Assembly (NCBI GenBank): GCA_963663895.2 | Contig: CAXXRD010000002.1 | Location: 512,001 to 576,000 of the forward strand | Length of the DNA: 64,000 nucleotides | Direction: 5' to 3' | From: Dehalococcoidia bacterium | GTDB lineage: Bacteria > Chloroflexota > Dehalococcoidia > Bin125 | In this document: in pieces, positions 49,432 to 59,181 of the stretch | How positions within the stretch are numbered: position 1 is the first letter of the stretch | How the letters are laid out: every line of letters starts with the position of its first letter | Position numbers and translations under genes: made by a program | Notes under the pieces: model-generated | Seen by the model: the letters and a program-made list of their open reading frames with translations, nothing else | What the model was told of the DNA's origin: nothing | Databases searched by the model: none

Positions 49432-50688
49432 ATGCGAGCGGGACGAGGACGGAGGTGGAGGCTGCTGGCGCTGAGCGGAGCGTTGGGCGCGTGGGGGCTG
49501 GCGGCGGCGTGTGCCGGGGTGTCCGACGGCAATGGCGATGAGGTCGATCGGGTGGCGAGCGAGGGAACCTTTCTCCCCGCCGATGCGACGGAAACGCCCG
49601 CGGGCGAGCCCATCATCCGCGAAACCAGCCGCCACTTCCTCACCCGTCTGTCTTGGAAAACCAACTGGAACATCCGCATTATCGACCTGGCCGAGCTGAT
49701 TCCGGGCGCGCCGCGAAACGGGATCCCGCCTTTGAACGAGCCTGCGTTCATCGCCGTCGCGGAGGCCGACGCGATCTACAGAGAGAACTCGCCCGTGATC
49801 CAGTTCGAGCTGGGCGAGGACGTGCGGGCCTACCCGCTGGAGATCATGACCTGGCACGAGATCGTAAACGACGTGGTCGGCGGCGTGCCGGTAATGGTGA
49901 CGTTCTGTCCGCTGTGCAACACCGCGATCGCGTTCGAGCGGACGGTGGCGGGGACCGTGCTGACATTCGGCACGTCCGGTTTGGTGCGCAACAGCGACTT
50001 AGTGATGTGGGATCGCCAGACGGAGAGCCTCTGGCAGCAGATCGGCGGCAAAGCGCTGGTCGGGGATATGGTAGGGGCGGAGCTTCCCCGGCTGCCGGCC
50101 GTGATCGTCGCCTGGTCGCAGTTCCGGGAAAATTTCCCCGAAGGAATCGTGCTGTCCCGGGAGACGGGCTTCCAGCGGGACTACGGCCGCAACCCGTACG
50201 TGGGCTACGACGCCGTCGATAGTTTCCCTTTCCTGTTCCGCGGAGCGATCGACGAACGGCTGAGTCCCTTCGAACGGGTTGCCACGGTCGAATTCGGGGA
50301 GGCGGTCGTCGCGTACCCGTTCGCCTTGCTGGAGCAGGAGCGGGTGCTGGAGGAAGAGCGGGACGGGCAAGGCGTGGTGGTGTTCTGGGTGCCGGGCGCC
50401 TCGTCGGCATTGGATTCGCTGGAGATCGACCAAGGCCGAGCCGTGGGGTCGACGGGGGTCTTCTACCGGGAGGTGGACGGCGCGGCGCTGTCGTTCCTAC
50501 CGAACCCCGCCGATGAACAAACGTTCCTGGACACGACGACGCGATCGGTGTGGAACGTATTCGGCGAGGCGATCAGCGGCCCACTGGAGGGATCCCGACT
50601 GACGGCAAAGGTGCACGCCAACCACTTTTGGTTCGCCTGGGCGGCGTTCCAGCCTGAAACCGAGATCGTGACGAGGGGGGCAAATTAG
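49432..50688 (+). CDS. DUF3179 domain lipoprotein
   Basis: Lipobox LAAAC; GIPPL, RAYPLEIMTWHEIVND, FCPLCNT, SDLVMWDRQTESLWQQ, FWFAWAAF. Confidence 0.92.
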   Translation: MRAGRGRRWRLLALSGALGAWGLAAACAGVSDGNGDEVDRVASEGTFLPADATETPAGEPIIRETSRHFLTRLSWKTNWNIRIIDLAELIPGAPRNGIPPLNEPAFIAVAEADAIYRENSPVIQFELGEDVRAYPLEIMTWHEIVNDVVGGVPVMVTFCPLCNTAIAFERTVAGTVLTFGTSGLVRNSDLVMWDRQTESLWQQIGGKALVGDMVGAELPRLPAVIVAWSQFRENFPEGIVLSRETGFQRDYGRNPYVGYDAVDSFPFLFRGAIDERLSPFERVATVEFGEAVVAYPFALLEQERVLEEERDGQGVVVFWVPGASSALDSLEIDQGRAVGSTGVFYREVDGAALSFLPNPADEQTFLDTTTRSVWNVFGEAISGPLEGSRLTAKVHANHFWFAWAAFQPETEIVTRGAN

Positions 50689-50978
50689 GCGGCTTGCAGG
50701 AGCGGTTGGCGCGGATCCACGGCCGAATCAACAGGGAAACCGCGCACTGCGGGGGCAAGGCGGCGGCGAACAGCATCGGAGTCCTATTCGAGGCGCGCGC
50801 CGTCAGCCGTTGGGACCGTCGCTGCGTCCCAGAGCCGCGTACGTAGCAGTCATGTCAGAAAACGCTGCGAAGACCGAGAAAATCGGTTTGCACCGCTTGG
50901 CTGGATGGGTGCCGTAGCGTAAAAAAGTCTAGAGCACGGGCGGGGCACCAGGCCCCAGAGAGTTAAGGAACACGAACT

Positions 50979-51314
50979 ATGCCCGAGAAGAGCTATCGGA
51001 TCGAGGCCACGATCAAGCCTCGGACGAAATCCGACACCTTCCGCATCATCGCGGCGAACACGGATCTGACGAGGCGACAGGTCGCCGATGTGTTCGACGC
51101 GCTCAGTGCGATCATTGAGAAGGACCTCGGTAAAGGCGGGCCCGGCGTATTTAGCGTGCCGGGCTTGATGAAGGTCACGGTGCAGCACAAGCCCGCCGTG
51201 CCCGCTCGCCGCGGGATCAACCCATTTACCGGCCAGGAGGCGACGTTCAAGGCCAAGCCAGCCTCCAAAGGGGTCAAGATACGACCCCTCAAGGGGCTGA
51301 AGGACTTGGTATAG
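50979..51314 (+). CDS. HU family DNA-binding protein
   Basis: ARRGINPFTG arm motif and VKIRPLKGLKD. Confidence 0.9.
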   Translation: MPEKSYRIEATIKPRTKSDTFRIIAANTDLTRRQVADVFDALSAIIEKDLGKGGPGVFSVPGLMKVTVQHKPAVPARRGINPFTGQEATFKAKPASKGVKIRPLKGLKDLV

Positions 51315-51456
51315 TCTCACCCCTCTCCGGCGACGCACCGTCTGAGGCGGGATGTCGCGCGTGGCGGGCACACGGCGGCGAGCGCCGCCGTTCGCGGCGG
51401 GCCAGGTGAATCGGCTGGAGTAGGCTGTCCTCGACGAGTGGAGGGCGAAGAGGCCG

Positions 51457-52446
51457 ATGCCGGAGTTGTCGAAGAAGGAACGCGTGCGCGCGGCGCTGCA
51501 GGGCAGGCCCGTTGATCGGGCGCCGGTATCGCTCTGGGGCCACGACTTTCTGCGTGAGTGGGAGCCGCGGGAGCTTGTCGCGGCGACGCTCGATTCGTAC
51601 CGAGCGAATGACTGGGATTTCATCAAGTTCAATCCCCGCTCGACCTACTTCGCGGAGGCCTGGGGCAACCGCTACGACCGTCCGGACGCACAGCGGCAAC
51701 CGCGGCTCCAGCAGGCGATGGTCACCTCCACGGCGCAACTGGCCGCCCTCGAGCCGGTCGATCCAAGAGGCGGTGTGTTCGCGGAGCATCTCACCGCGCT
51801 GCGCTTACTTGTGGAAGAGGTCGGGGAAGAGGTCGACATCCTGCAGACGATCTTCTCGCCCTTGGGCGTGCTGGCGACGCTGGCGGGCGGCGAGCAACCC
51901 GTCCTGGAGCTGGCCGCCCAGGATGCGGCCGCGACGCACCACGCGCTGGCCGTGCTCACCGGCGTGCTGGACGAGTATGCCCGGGCGTCGCTGGCCGCCG
52001 GGGCGGCGGGCCTGTTCTACGCGCCCTTGCGCTGGCCCAGCCACGATTATTGCAGTGAGAACTTCTTCCGGGAGTTCGGCCGTCCCTACGACCTGCAGAT
52101 CCTGCATCCCCTGCGATCGGCGCCTTTCAATGTGCTGCACGTGTGCCGCGACCACAACATGATCGACCTGCTGCTCGACTACCCAGTGACGGCCTTCAAC
52201 TGGGCGGACCACGGTGAAGGAAACCCCGGTCTCGCGGAGGTGCTCGCGAAGACCGATAAAGCGGTGATCGGGGGAGTCGAGCACACACGACTGCACGAAG
52301 TCGCTGCGGATGTCGCGGCAGCGCAGGCGCGAGCGGCCGCAGCGGTGGGGCCGTCGCGGATGATGGTAGGGCCGGGCTGCTCCATCCCGCCCGCAACGCC
52401 GGCGGAGACGGCGGCGGCGGTCGCGCGGGCGGCGCGAGGCGGCTAG
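51457..52446 (+). CDS. Uroporphyrinogen decarboxylase (URO-D) family protein
   Basis: ERVRAALQGRPVDRAPV, QTIFSP, LHVC, MVGPGCSI. It lacks the canonical HemE WxMRQAGR motif. Confidence 0.82.
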   Translation: MPELSKKERVRAALQGRPVDRAPVSLWGHDFLREWEPRELVAATLDSYRANDWDFIKFNPRSTYFAEAWGNRYDRPDAQRQPRLQQAMVTSTAQLAALEPVDPRGGVFAEHLTALRLLVEEVGEEVDILQTIFSPLGVLATLAGGEQPVLELAAQDAAATHHALAVLTGVLDEYARASLAAGAAGLFYAPLRWPSHDYCSENFFREFGRPYDLQILHPLRSAPFNVLHVCRDHNMIDLLLDYPVTAFNWADHGEGNPGLAEVLAKTDKAVIGGVEHTRLHEVAADVAAAQARAAAAVGPSRMMVGPGCSIPPATPAETAAAVARAARGG

Positions 52447-52476
52447 CTACCTACTCGGGACTGGAGAGGAGGCGGC

Positions 52477-53526
52477 GTGAGCGCGGAGGAGATCCGGCTC
52501 TCCAAGCTCGCTCTCTGCGGCGGCTGAGCGTCGAAGTACGGAGCAGATGCTCTGGCGCACGTGCTGCGCCATTTGCGTGAGATAGTTCCGCCGGCCGCGG
52601 CGCCCGACCTGCTCGTGGGGTTGGCCGCGCCGGATGACGCCGCGATCTACAAATTGAACGACGAGCAAGCGATCGTCCAGACGGTGGACTTCTTCGCGCC
52701 GTTCCTCGACGACCCCTACGTCTACGGGGGCATCGCGGCGGCGAACGCCATGAACGATGTGTACGCGATGGGAGGCGAGGTGCTGTTCGCGCTCAACGTG
52801 GCGGGTTTCCCGGAGGATCTGCCCACGGAGATGGCCGCGCAGATCCTTGCGGGGGGCGCCGCCAAGGTGCACGAAGCGGGGGGAGTGGTGGCCGGGGGCC
52901 ACACGGTGATCGACCACGAGCCCAAATACGGGCTGTGCGTCACGGGGCTTGTGCATCCGGAGCGGGTGCGGACCAACACCGGAGCGCGGACGGGCGACGT
53001 GCTGGTACTGACCAAGCGGCTGGGGACGGGCCTGCTGATCAATGCGATCCAGCAAGAGGTGGCGAGCCCGGCGCACGCGGAAGCGGCGATCGCGCAGATG
53101 CTGCAACTGAACGCGGCGGCGGCGCGGGCGACGCACGACCTCGACGTGCACGCGATGACGGACGTCACCGGCTTCGGTTTGGGGGGGCACCTGATCGAAA
53201 TCGCGCGGGGAAGCAAGGTGCAGGTGCGGGTGCGGATCGAAAACGCGCCGCTCATCGACGGCTTCCGCGAGTACGTACGCCGTGGCTTGACGACCCGGGG
53301 GCAGCGCGACAACCGTGCGCACTTCGGGGCGGAAGTGCAGGCCGAACCGCCGCTGAGTGACGAGGAGGCGGCGATCCTGTTCGACCCGCAGACGGCCGGC
53401 GGCCTCGTCGTTTCGCTCGGAGAGGCGGCGGCGGCCGCGTTGGAGTCACGGCTCGGCGCAGCGGGCGCGCCCTGCTGGCGGATTGGCGAGGTGGCCGAGG
53501 GCAGCGGCCTCGCAGTCGTGCGGTAG
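52477..53526 (+). CDS. selD: Selenide, water dikinase, selenocysteine-containing
   Basis: GTG after GAGGAGG gives MSAEEIRLSKLALCGG[TGA 52525-52527]ASK, in frame with the 52561 ORF (DDAA, QTVDFF, AANAMNDVYAMGG, GGHT, TDVTGFGL, DPQTAGG). Confidence 0.93.
52528..52558 (+). promoter_or_regulatory. Candidate bacterial SECIS element
   Basis: The hairpin CGGAGC-AGAU-GCUCUG starts 11 nt after the in-frame UGA and has a G in its apical loop. Confidence 0.65.
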
Positions 53527-53531
53527 CAGCC

Positions 53532-54764
53532 GTGGCGCGGCCGTCGTACGACATCGCCGTGATCGGAGGCGGGATCCTGGGGCTGGCGGCCGCAATGGAG
53601 CTGACGAAGCGCTACACGGGGCTCGGCGTGGTGGTGCTGGAGAAGGAAGCGCACGTTGGCGTGCACCAGAGCGGGCACAACAGCGGCGTGATCCACTCGG
53701 GGCTGTACTACCGGCCCGGATCGGCCAAGGCGGAACTGGCGGTGCGGGGAGCACGGCTGCTGGTGGATTTCTGCGCGGCACACGATATCCCGCACGAAGT
53801 CTGCGGCAAGGTCGTCGTGGCGACGACGCCAGCGGAATTGCCACGGCTTGAGGAGTTGATGCGGCGCGGACGGGCGAATGGCGTGGCAGGATTGCGCGCG
53901 ATCGGCGCCGAGGAGCTGCGGGAGCTGGAGCCGCATGCGGCCGGGCTACAGGGGCTCCACGTAGCCAGCACCGGCATCGTCGACTATGGAGCAGTGGTCG
54001 AGACCTACCGGCGGCTGTTCGAAGCTTGCGGGGGCGAGCTACGGCTGGGGGCGCCGGTGCGCGCGATCCGACCCGGCCGGGAGGGCCTCGAACTCCATAT
54101 GGGAGCGGGCAGGGTGGCGGCGCGCTACGCGATCAACTGCGCGGGGCTGTACGCCGACCGCATTGCGGCGCTGGCCGGCTGCGAGCCCTCGCTGCGGATC
54201 GTGCCCTTCCGAGGCGAGTACTACGTGCTGCGGCCGGAGCGCCGGACGCTGGTCCGGAACCTGATCTACCCGGTGCCCGACCCACGCTTCCCTTTCCTGG
54301 GCGTTCATCTCACGCGCCGGATCGACGGCCGCGTGGAGGCCGGCCCCAACGCCGTCCTGGCGCTGAGGCGCGAGGGGTACCGCTGGCGCGACCTCGACCT
54401 GGGCGAGGCATGGGAGACGTTGAGCTATGGGGGCTTCTGGAGGCTCGCGCGCCGCTACTGGCGCACGGGCGGAGGCGAGGTGATGCGGTCGCTGTCACGA
54501 CGGGCTTTCGTGCGGGCGCTACAGCGGCTGGTGCCGGCGGTCGAGGCGAGCGATTTAGTGCGAGCGGGGGCGGGAGTGCGGGCGCAGGCGCTCGACCCGG
54601 ACGGCTCGCTGGTCGACGACTTCCGGATCGAGGAGTCGGAGCGGATGGTTCACGTGCTCAACGCGCCCTCGCCCGCCGCGACGGCCTCCCTCTGTATCGG
54701 CGCGGCGATCGCCGACCGCGCCGCCGCCTGGCTGGGGCCGCCCGGCGACGCGCCGCCGGATTGA
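53532..54764 (+). CDS. lhgO: L-2-hydroxyglutarate oxidase
   Basis: IGGGILG, HQSGHNSGVIHSGLYY.PGS.KA, PFRGEY, YPVPDPRFPFLGVH, NAPSPAATASL. Confidence 0.92.
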   Translation: MARPSYDIAVIGGGILGLAAAMELTKRYTGLGVVVLEKEAHVGVHQSGHNSGVIHSGLYYRPGSAKAELAVRGARLLVDFCAAHDIPHEVCGKVVVATTPAELPRLEELMRRGRANGVAGLRAIGAEELRELEPHAAGLQGLHVASTGIVDYGAVVETYRRLFEACGGELRLGAPVRAIRPGREGLELHMGAGRVAARYAINCAGLYADRIAALAGCEPSLRIVPFRGEYYVLRPERRTLVRNLIYPVPDPRFPFLGVHLTRRIDGRVEAGPNAVLALRREGYRWRDLDLGEAWETLSYGGFWRLARRYWRTGGGEVMRSLSRRAFVRALQRLVPAVEASDLVRAGAGVRAQALDPDGSLVDDFRIEESERMVHVLNAPSPAATASLCIGAAIADRAAAWLGPPGDAPPD

Positions 54765-54770
54765 CGGGCG

Positions 54771-55946
54771 ATGCGGCTGCGCTCGCTGACGTTGGATCAG
54801 TTTCGGTCGTACGCGCACTGCGCCCTGACGCTCGATCCGGGACTCACCCTGGTGCTGGGCGATAACGCGCAGGGGAAGACCAACCTCCTGGAGGCGATCT
54901 ACTTGCTGGCGGTGATGCGCTCGCCCCGTGCCGTCAGCGACGGCGAGCTGATCGCCTGGTCGGCGCCGGCGCCGCCCGTCGCGCGCGTGGCGGGGGTGGG
55001 GATGGGAAGCGAGGGAGACGTGGAAGTCGAGATCGCCATCGCCGCCCGCCGCGCAACCGACGGCAGCGTGCTGCGCACAAAAGCCGGGGCGCCGCTCGTC
55101 GGCAAGCGCGTGCGCCGCAATGGGATCGCGCGGCTCGCGGGGGACGTGGTCGGCGCGATGCCGGCCGTGCTGTTCACGACGCTCGACATCGCGATCGTCA
55201 CGGGCTCGCCCGGAACCCGCCGGCGCTACCTGGACTTCACGGTGGCGCAGAGCGATCGCGCCTACGCGCGATCGCTCGGCCGCTACGACAAGGCGGTCGC
55301 TCAGCGCAATGCGCTCCTCAAGCGGATCGCGCAAGGGCAGGCGTCCCTGGAGGAGCTGGGGCCGTGGGACGACGCGGTGGTGGAAGAGGGAGGAACGATC
55401 ATCGCCGGACGGGCGCGGGTCGTCGCCGAGCTGGCCGCGATCGCGCCCCGCTACCAAACGCGGCTGGCGGCCGGACGGGGCGAGAGGCTGGAGATCGCGT
55501 ACGCCCCGGCGCTCGCGCGGGCGGCGTTCGAGGGAGAGAGCGTGGAGGCGGCCCGGGCGGCCCTGCGGGCGGCTTTGCGAACGCTGCGCCCGCGCGAGAG
55601 CGGGGCGGGAACGACGCTGGCCGGACCTCACCGCGACGACGTCTTTTTCACGCTTGACGGCCGCGCGGCCGGGTCCTACGGCTCGCGCGCGCAGCAGCGC
55701 AGCCTGGCGCTCGCCCTGCGGCTGGCGGAGGCGGACGTGCTGCGAACGCGCCGCGGGGAGGAGCCGATCCTGCTGCTGGACGACGTCTTCTCCGAGCTGG
55801 ACGACCGGCGGCGGGAGGCGGTGATCGAGGCCACGCAAGGCGCCGAGCAGCTGCTGCTGACCGGCACGGATCCGGGGCACATCCCCGCCGGGATATCGGC
55901 GGCGGCGCGCTGGCGGGTCGCGGAAGGGCGGCTCAGTCCCGCCTGA
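54771..55946 (+). CDS. recF: DNA replication/repair protein RecF
   Basis: GDNAQGKTNLLEAI, GSPGTRRRYLD, QRNALL, GPHRDD, GSRAQQR, LLLDDVFSELD. Confidence 0.95.
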   Translation: MRLRSLTLDQFRSYAHCALTLDPGLTLVLGDNAQGKTNLLEAIYLLAVMRSPRAVSDGELIAWSAPAPPVARVAGVGMGSEGDVEVEIAIAARRATDGSVLRTKAGAPLVGKRVRRNGIARLAGDVVGAMPAVLFTTLDIAIVTGSPGTRRRYLDFTVAQSDRAYARSLGRYDKAVAQRNALLKRIAQGQASLEELGPWDDAVVEEGGTIIAGRARVVAELAAIAPRYQTRLAAGRGERLEIAYAPALARAAFEGESVEAARAALRAALRTLRPRESGAGTTLAGPHRDDVFFTLDGRAAGSYGSRAQQRSLALALRLAEADVLRTRRGEEPILLLDDVFSELDDRRREAVIEATQGAEQLLLTGTDPGHIPAGISAAARWRVAEGRLSPA

Positions 55947-56889
55947 GAGGCGGGGGCTGGAAGACGGGACGCTCCGACTTCGGGACGAGCATCGTCACCG
56001 CGCGCGGCTCCACGGTGAAGCGGGCCGGGAGCTCTTCCCGGAGAGCGCCGGCAGGGCTCACGACATCGCCGTCGACCTGGAGCAGGGGATGGCGAGCGTC
56101 GAGCGGCTCGACGCGGATCTCCCGCGCCCGCCGGAAGAGCATGGCGCCGGAGCGCAGATGCCGGCGCAGCAGGGTCAGGGAGAGGCCGCGCAGGGCGGAC
56201 AGCGGCCCGGCGCCGCGGAAGACGACGCAATCGAGCTGACCGTCGATCGCGGAGGCTTGGGCGGTGATCTCGACGACGCCACCGTAGAGGCGCGTGTTGC
56301 CGATCACGACCATGTTGGCGGCCAGATCGCGCGGCGGGCCGCCGTCGAAGCCGATCGCGAGGCGGTGGCCGCGGTAGAGCGCGCCGGTCCGGACAGCCGT
56401 CAGGACGTACGCCAAGGCGCCGGTGCAGCGCTTGAGACGCGGCGAGACGGCCGCCGCCGTGGCGGCATCGAGGCCGAGGCTGGCCATGAGCAGAAAGCGG
56501 CGCTCTCCGGCGCGGCCCAGGTCGATGCGGACGGGCCGGGCATCGAGCTGGGCGCGAATGGCGCCGGCCGGATCGCGCGGGACCCCCGCCTCCTTGGCCC
56601 AGACGTTGGCGGTGCCGCCGGGAACGAGGCCGACTTGGGTATCGGGATCGCTGAGGCCGTTGAGCACCTCGTTGATCGTGCCGTCGCCGCCGCAGGCGAA
56701 GATGATCTCCGCGCCCGCCGCCTCGGCTTCGCGGGCGAGCGCGGTGGCGTGAGCGGGCCGCTCCGTCGTCCAGATCGCCGCCTCGAGCCGCGCGCCGGCC
56801 GCGCGCGCGATCGCCGCGCCCAGACGCTGGGGCGAGGGAGCGTCGCGGGCGGCGGGATTGAGGATGAAGACAGCGCGGCGTGGCGGCAT
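55933..56889 (-). CDS. Diacylglycerol/lipid kinase family protein (YegS/Rv2252/BmrU)
   Basis: ILNPAA, GGDGTINEV, PGGTANVWA, YGG, QVDGD. Confidence 0.9.
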   Translation of the reverse strand: MPPRRAVFILNPAARDAPSPQRLGAAIARAAGARLEAAIWTTERPAHATALAREAEAAGAEIIFACGGDGTINEVLNGLSDPDTQVGLVPGGTANVWAKEAGVPRDPAGAIRAQLDARPVRIDLGRAGERRFLLMASLGLDAATAAAVSPRLKRCTGALAYVLTAVRTGALYRGHRLAIGFDGGPPRDLAANMVVIGNTRLYGGVVEITAQASAIDGQLDCVVFRGAGPLSALRGLSLTLLRRHLRSGAMLFRRAREIRVEPLDARHPLLQVDGDVVSPAGALREELPARFTVEPRAVTMLVPKSERPVFQPPPLRRD

Positions 56890-57058
56890 GGGCGCTCCTC
56901 GGATCGCGGCCCGGCGGGAGCGATCGTCGCACAACGGCGCGGTCCGGCGGGCGCCGCGGGTGCGCGAATTTGACCGCCCCCAGGGAGAGTTCGACCATGT
57001 TACGCGCACGCGTCGGCCCCCAAGCGGGGCGGCGGCCGAGAGAGGCCGAGGAGGATCG

Positions 57059-57517
57059 ATGGCCAAGCGTCCCGGCATGAAGCGGCTGGACCACGTGAGC
57101 ATCGTCGCGGAAGACCCGCGGGCGACCGCGGCGCTGCTGGGGCGGCTGCTGGGCGGCAAGGTCGGGGACCGCTTCGAGGAAGAGGCGGAGGGCTTCGAAG
57201 GCGCCTACATCTACCTCCCGGACAACCAGGCCCGCGTCGAGGTGCTGGGGCCACTGGGGGATCAGTCCTTCCTACACCGCTTCCTGGAGACGCGGGGCCA
57301 GGGCGTGCACCACCTCACCTTCGAGGTCGAGGACGTGGAGGCGCTGGCGGCGTACCTGCGCGAGGAGCTGGGGATCGAGCCCTACCGCGGCGTCTGGTGC
57401 GACCACGAGTGGAAGCAGACCTTCGTGCACCCCAAGGACGCGGGCGGGGTGCTCCTGCAGTTCTACGAGTGGCTGCCGGGGAAGCGGCCCGACCATCCGC
57501 CGGGCGCGGGACCGTGA
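57059..57517 (+). CDS. VOC family protein (methylmalonyl-CoA epimerase-like)
   Basis: LDHVSI, FLETRGQGVHHLTFEV, FVHPKDAGGVLLQ. Confidence 0.88.
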   Translation: MAKRPGMKRLDHVSIVAEDPRATAALLGRLLGGKVGDRFEEEAEGFEGAYIYLPDNQARVEVLGPLGDQSFLHRFLETRGQGVHHLTFEVEDVEALAAYLREELGIEPYRGVWCDHEWKQTFVHPKDAGGVLLQFYEWLPGKRPDHPPGAGP

Positions 57518-58053
57518 GCGCACGCCTGCCACCGCCGCCGGTCCGCTACGAAGAGGGCCGCTTCGTGGCGACGCGCGAGGTGCCCTTCTCGACGGCGCTG
57601 GACGAGCTGATCGCGGAGGTGCGGGAAGGGAACGCGCCCAACCTGGGGCGCTTCTGCGGCTACTGCTCGACCCCCCTCACGCCGCAGGACGGCGTCTGTC
57701 CGACCTGCGCCACCGAGACCGCGGCGCTGGCCCCGCGCGAGAAGATCCCGCGACCGCTGGCGGCGGTCTACACGCGCAAGCGCAAGGTGGAGGCGCGCAT
57801 CATCCACAGCGCCGCCTGGCTGGGGATCTCGATCGGAGCCGCGATCTCGATCGGCCTGATCCTGGTGCTGCCGGGCTGGACCAAGATCTTCGCCGTGATC
57901 TTCCTGGTGGCGGGCTCCTACTACCTCGCCTCCTACATGGGCAACGTGCTGGCCCAGGACTTCGCCTACCGCCGGGGGCTGCGCACCTTCGCCGCGCGCT
58001 GGCAGGAGTACCGGCGGGCGCTGGCGACGGGCGAAGTGAGCGACGACGCCTGA
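57514..58053 (+). CDS. Zinc-ribbon membrane protein
   Basis: GTGA overlap with the VOC gene; CGYC...CPTC followed by two hydrophobic helices. Confidence 0.75.
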   Translation: MSARLPPPPVRYEEGRFVATREVPFSTALDELIAEVREGNAPNLGRFCGYCSTPLTPQDGVCPTCATETAALAPREKIPRPLAAVYTRKRKVEARIIHSAAWLGISIGAAISIGLILVLPGWTKIFAVIFLVAGSYYLASYMGNVLAQDFAYRRGLRTFAARWQEYRRALATGEVSDDA

Positions 58054-58197
58054 GCCGTCTGCTGTGGGTAACTCGGTTGTGATTTCAATCTCAAGACTAG
58101 GGGCGTGCTTCGCTTGCTCTGTACAGAAGATCGGACCGAACTCTCGCCCTCGCCGCTTTGGCTGTGCTCTGTCAGCGAGTAAGTGCGGGAATAGCGA

Positions 58198-59181
58198 TCA
58201 ATCTCCACTGCCAAGCGAGTGAACATCGGGTGCGATCCGCAGCGCATGATGGAAGATCTCGTTCATGAAGTCCGTCCAACTGTCGGCGTCGTGGAGCAGT
58301 CGATCAATGTCGAAGTCGCGCTCCATTCGCATCTCGTCGAGCCGCTCCCGCATCGTCGGGGTGACGACTCCGGCGACGAGGAAATTCTTGCAGCCAGCAG
58401 GCGCCTCGTCGAACGTCTTCTTGATGGCACCGAGCCGCTCCAGCGCGCCGGCGGGATCCTTACCCGCCTTCACCTCAATGAGCGCAACGAGAACGCCATC
58501 CTTCTCGAAGCCAACATCCGGCTCCGGCGCGAACCTCATTCGCACGCTGCCAGTAAGATCCCACGCGCCGTGGAATTCCAGGCTATCTGGATCGCCCGCG
58601 TCATCTACCAGCAGGTCATGATCGCGGACCCATTCAAGCAAACGCTCCTTGATAGCTCGCTCACCCAATTGCCCAATGAGGTTCCGCATCGATCCATCAG
58701 CGGAAATGCCGATGGTCGCCAGCACGTTCCGGTAACCATTCTCCATCGTCCAGTCTGTTTTATCAGTGATGAGCGAACTGATCACCGCGTTGTACAGTCG
58801 GCACACGTCCAATGCCTTCTGGTCCGCCACCTGAGGCTTGGAATCAGGTTGTTCCCAACTGTCTACGGTCCCAACGATTCCGGCCACGCTCTTGCGGGAG
58901 AGCAGCGAGATACCCCGATAGTGGAGGGATGCCTGCGGCATTGCCTTAAGCACCGAGGGGTGTGCGAACACCAGTCGCGGTTCGATTCCGGCTTTGCACA
59001 CCTGTTCCCAAGCCATCTCTTCGATAGCCAGCGACTCTCTGTCCGAGTAATCAGCCTTGCCACTGAACGTCTCGATCTGCTCTCGGATTCGCAAGTCATC
59101 GCCCGCAGCGATACGGCGTGCAATCAAGACGGCTCTCTCGGTGGCATCCTCGGTGCGTCGCTCGTTCGTCACGGGGCTCAC
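58198..59181 (-). CDS. Type II restriction endonuclease (XcyI-family-like)
   Basis: GSMRNLIG, EPDVGF...IEVKAGKDPAGALERLG PD-(D/E)xK core; coupled to an MTase; lower GC. Confidence 0.78.
   Translation of the reverse strand: MSPVTNERRTEDATERAVLIARRIAAGDDLRIREQIETFSGKADYSDRESLAIEEMAWEQVCKAGIEPRLVFAHPSVLKAMPQASLHYRGISLLSRKSVAGIVGTVDSWEQPDSKPQVADQKALDVCRLYNAVISSLITDKTDWTMENGYRNVLATIGISADGSMRNLIGQLGERAIKERLLEWVRDHDLLVDDAGDPDSLEFHGAWDLTGSVRMRFAPEPDVGFEKDGVLVALIEVKAGKDPAGALERLGAIKKTFDEAPAGCKNFLVAGVVTPTMRERLDEMRMERDFDIDRLLHDADSWTDFMNEIFHHALRIAPDVHSLGSGD

Noticed and set aside
51457-52446. hemE
   Set aside because: The HemE signature WxMRQAGR is absent, so only the family level is supported.
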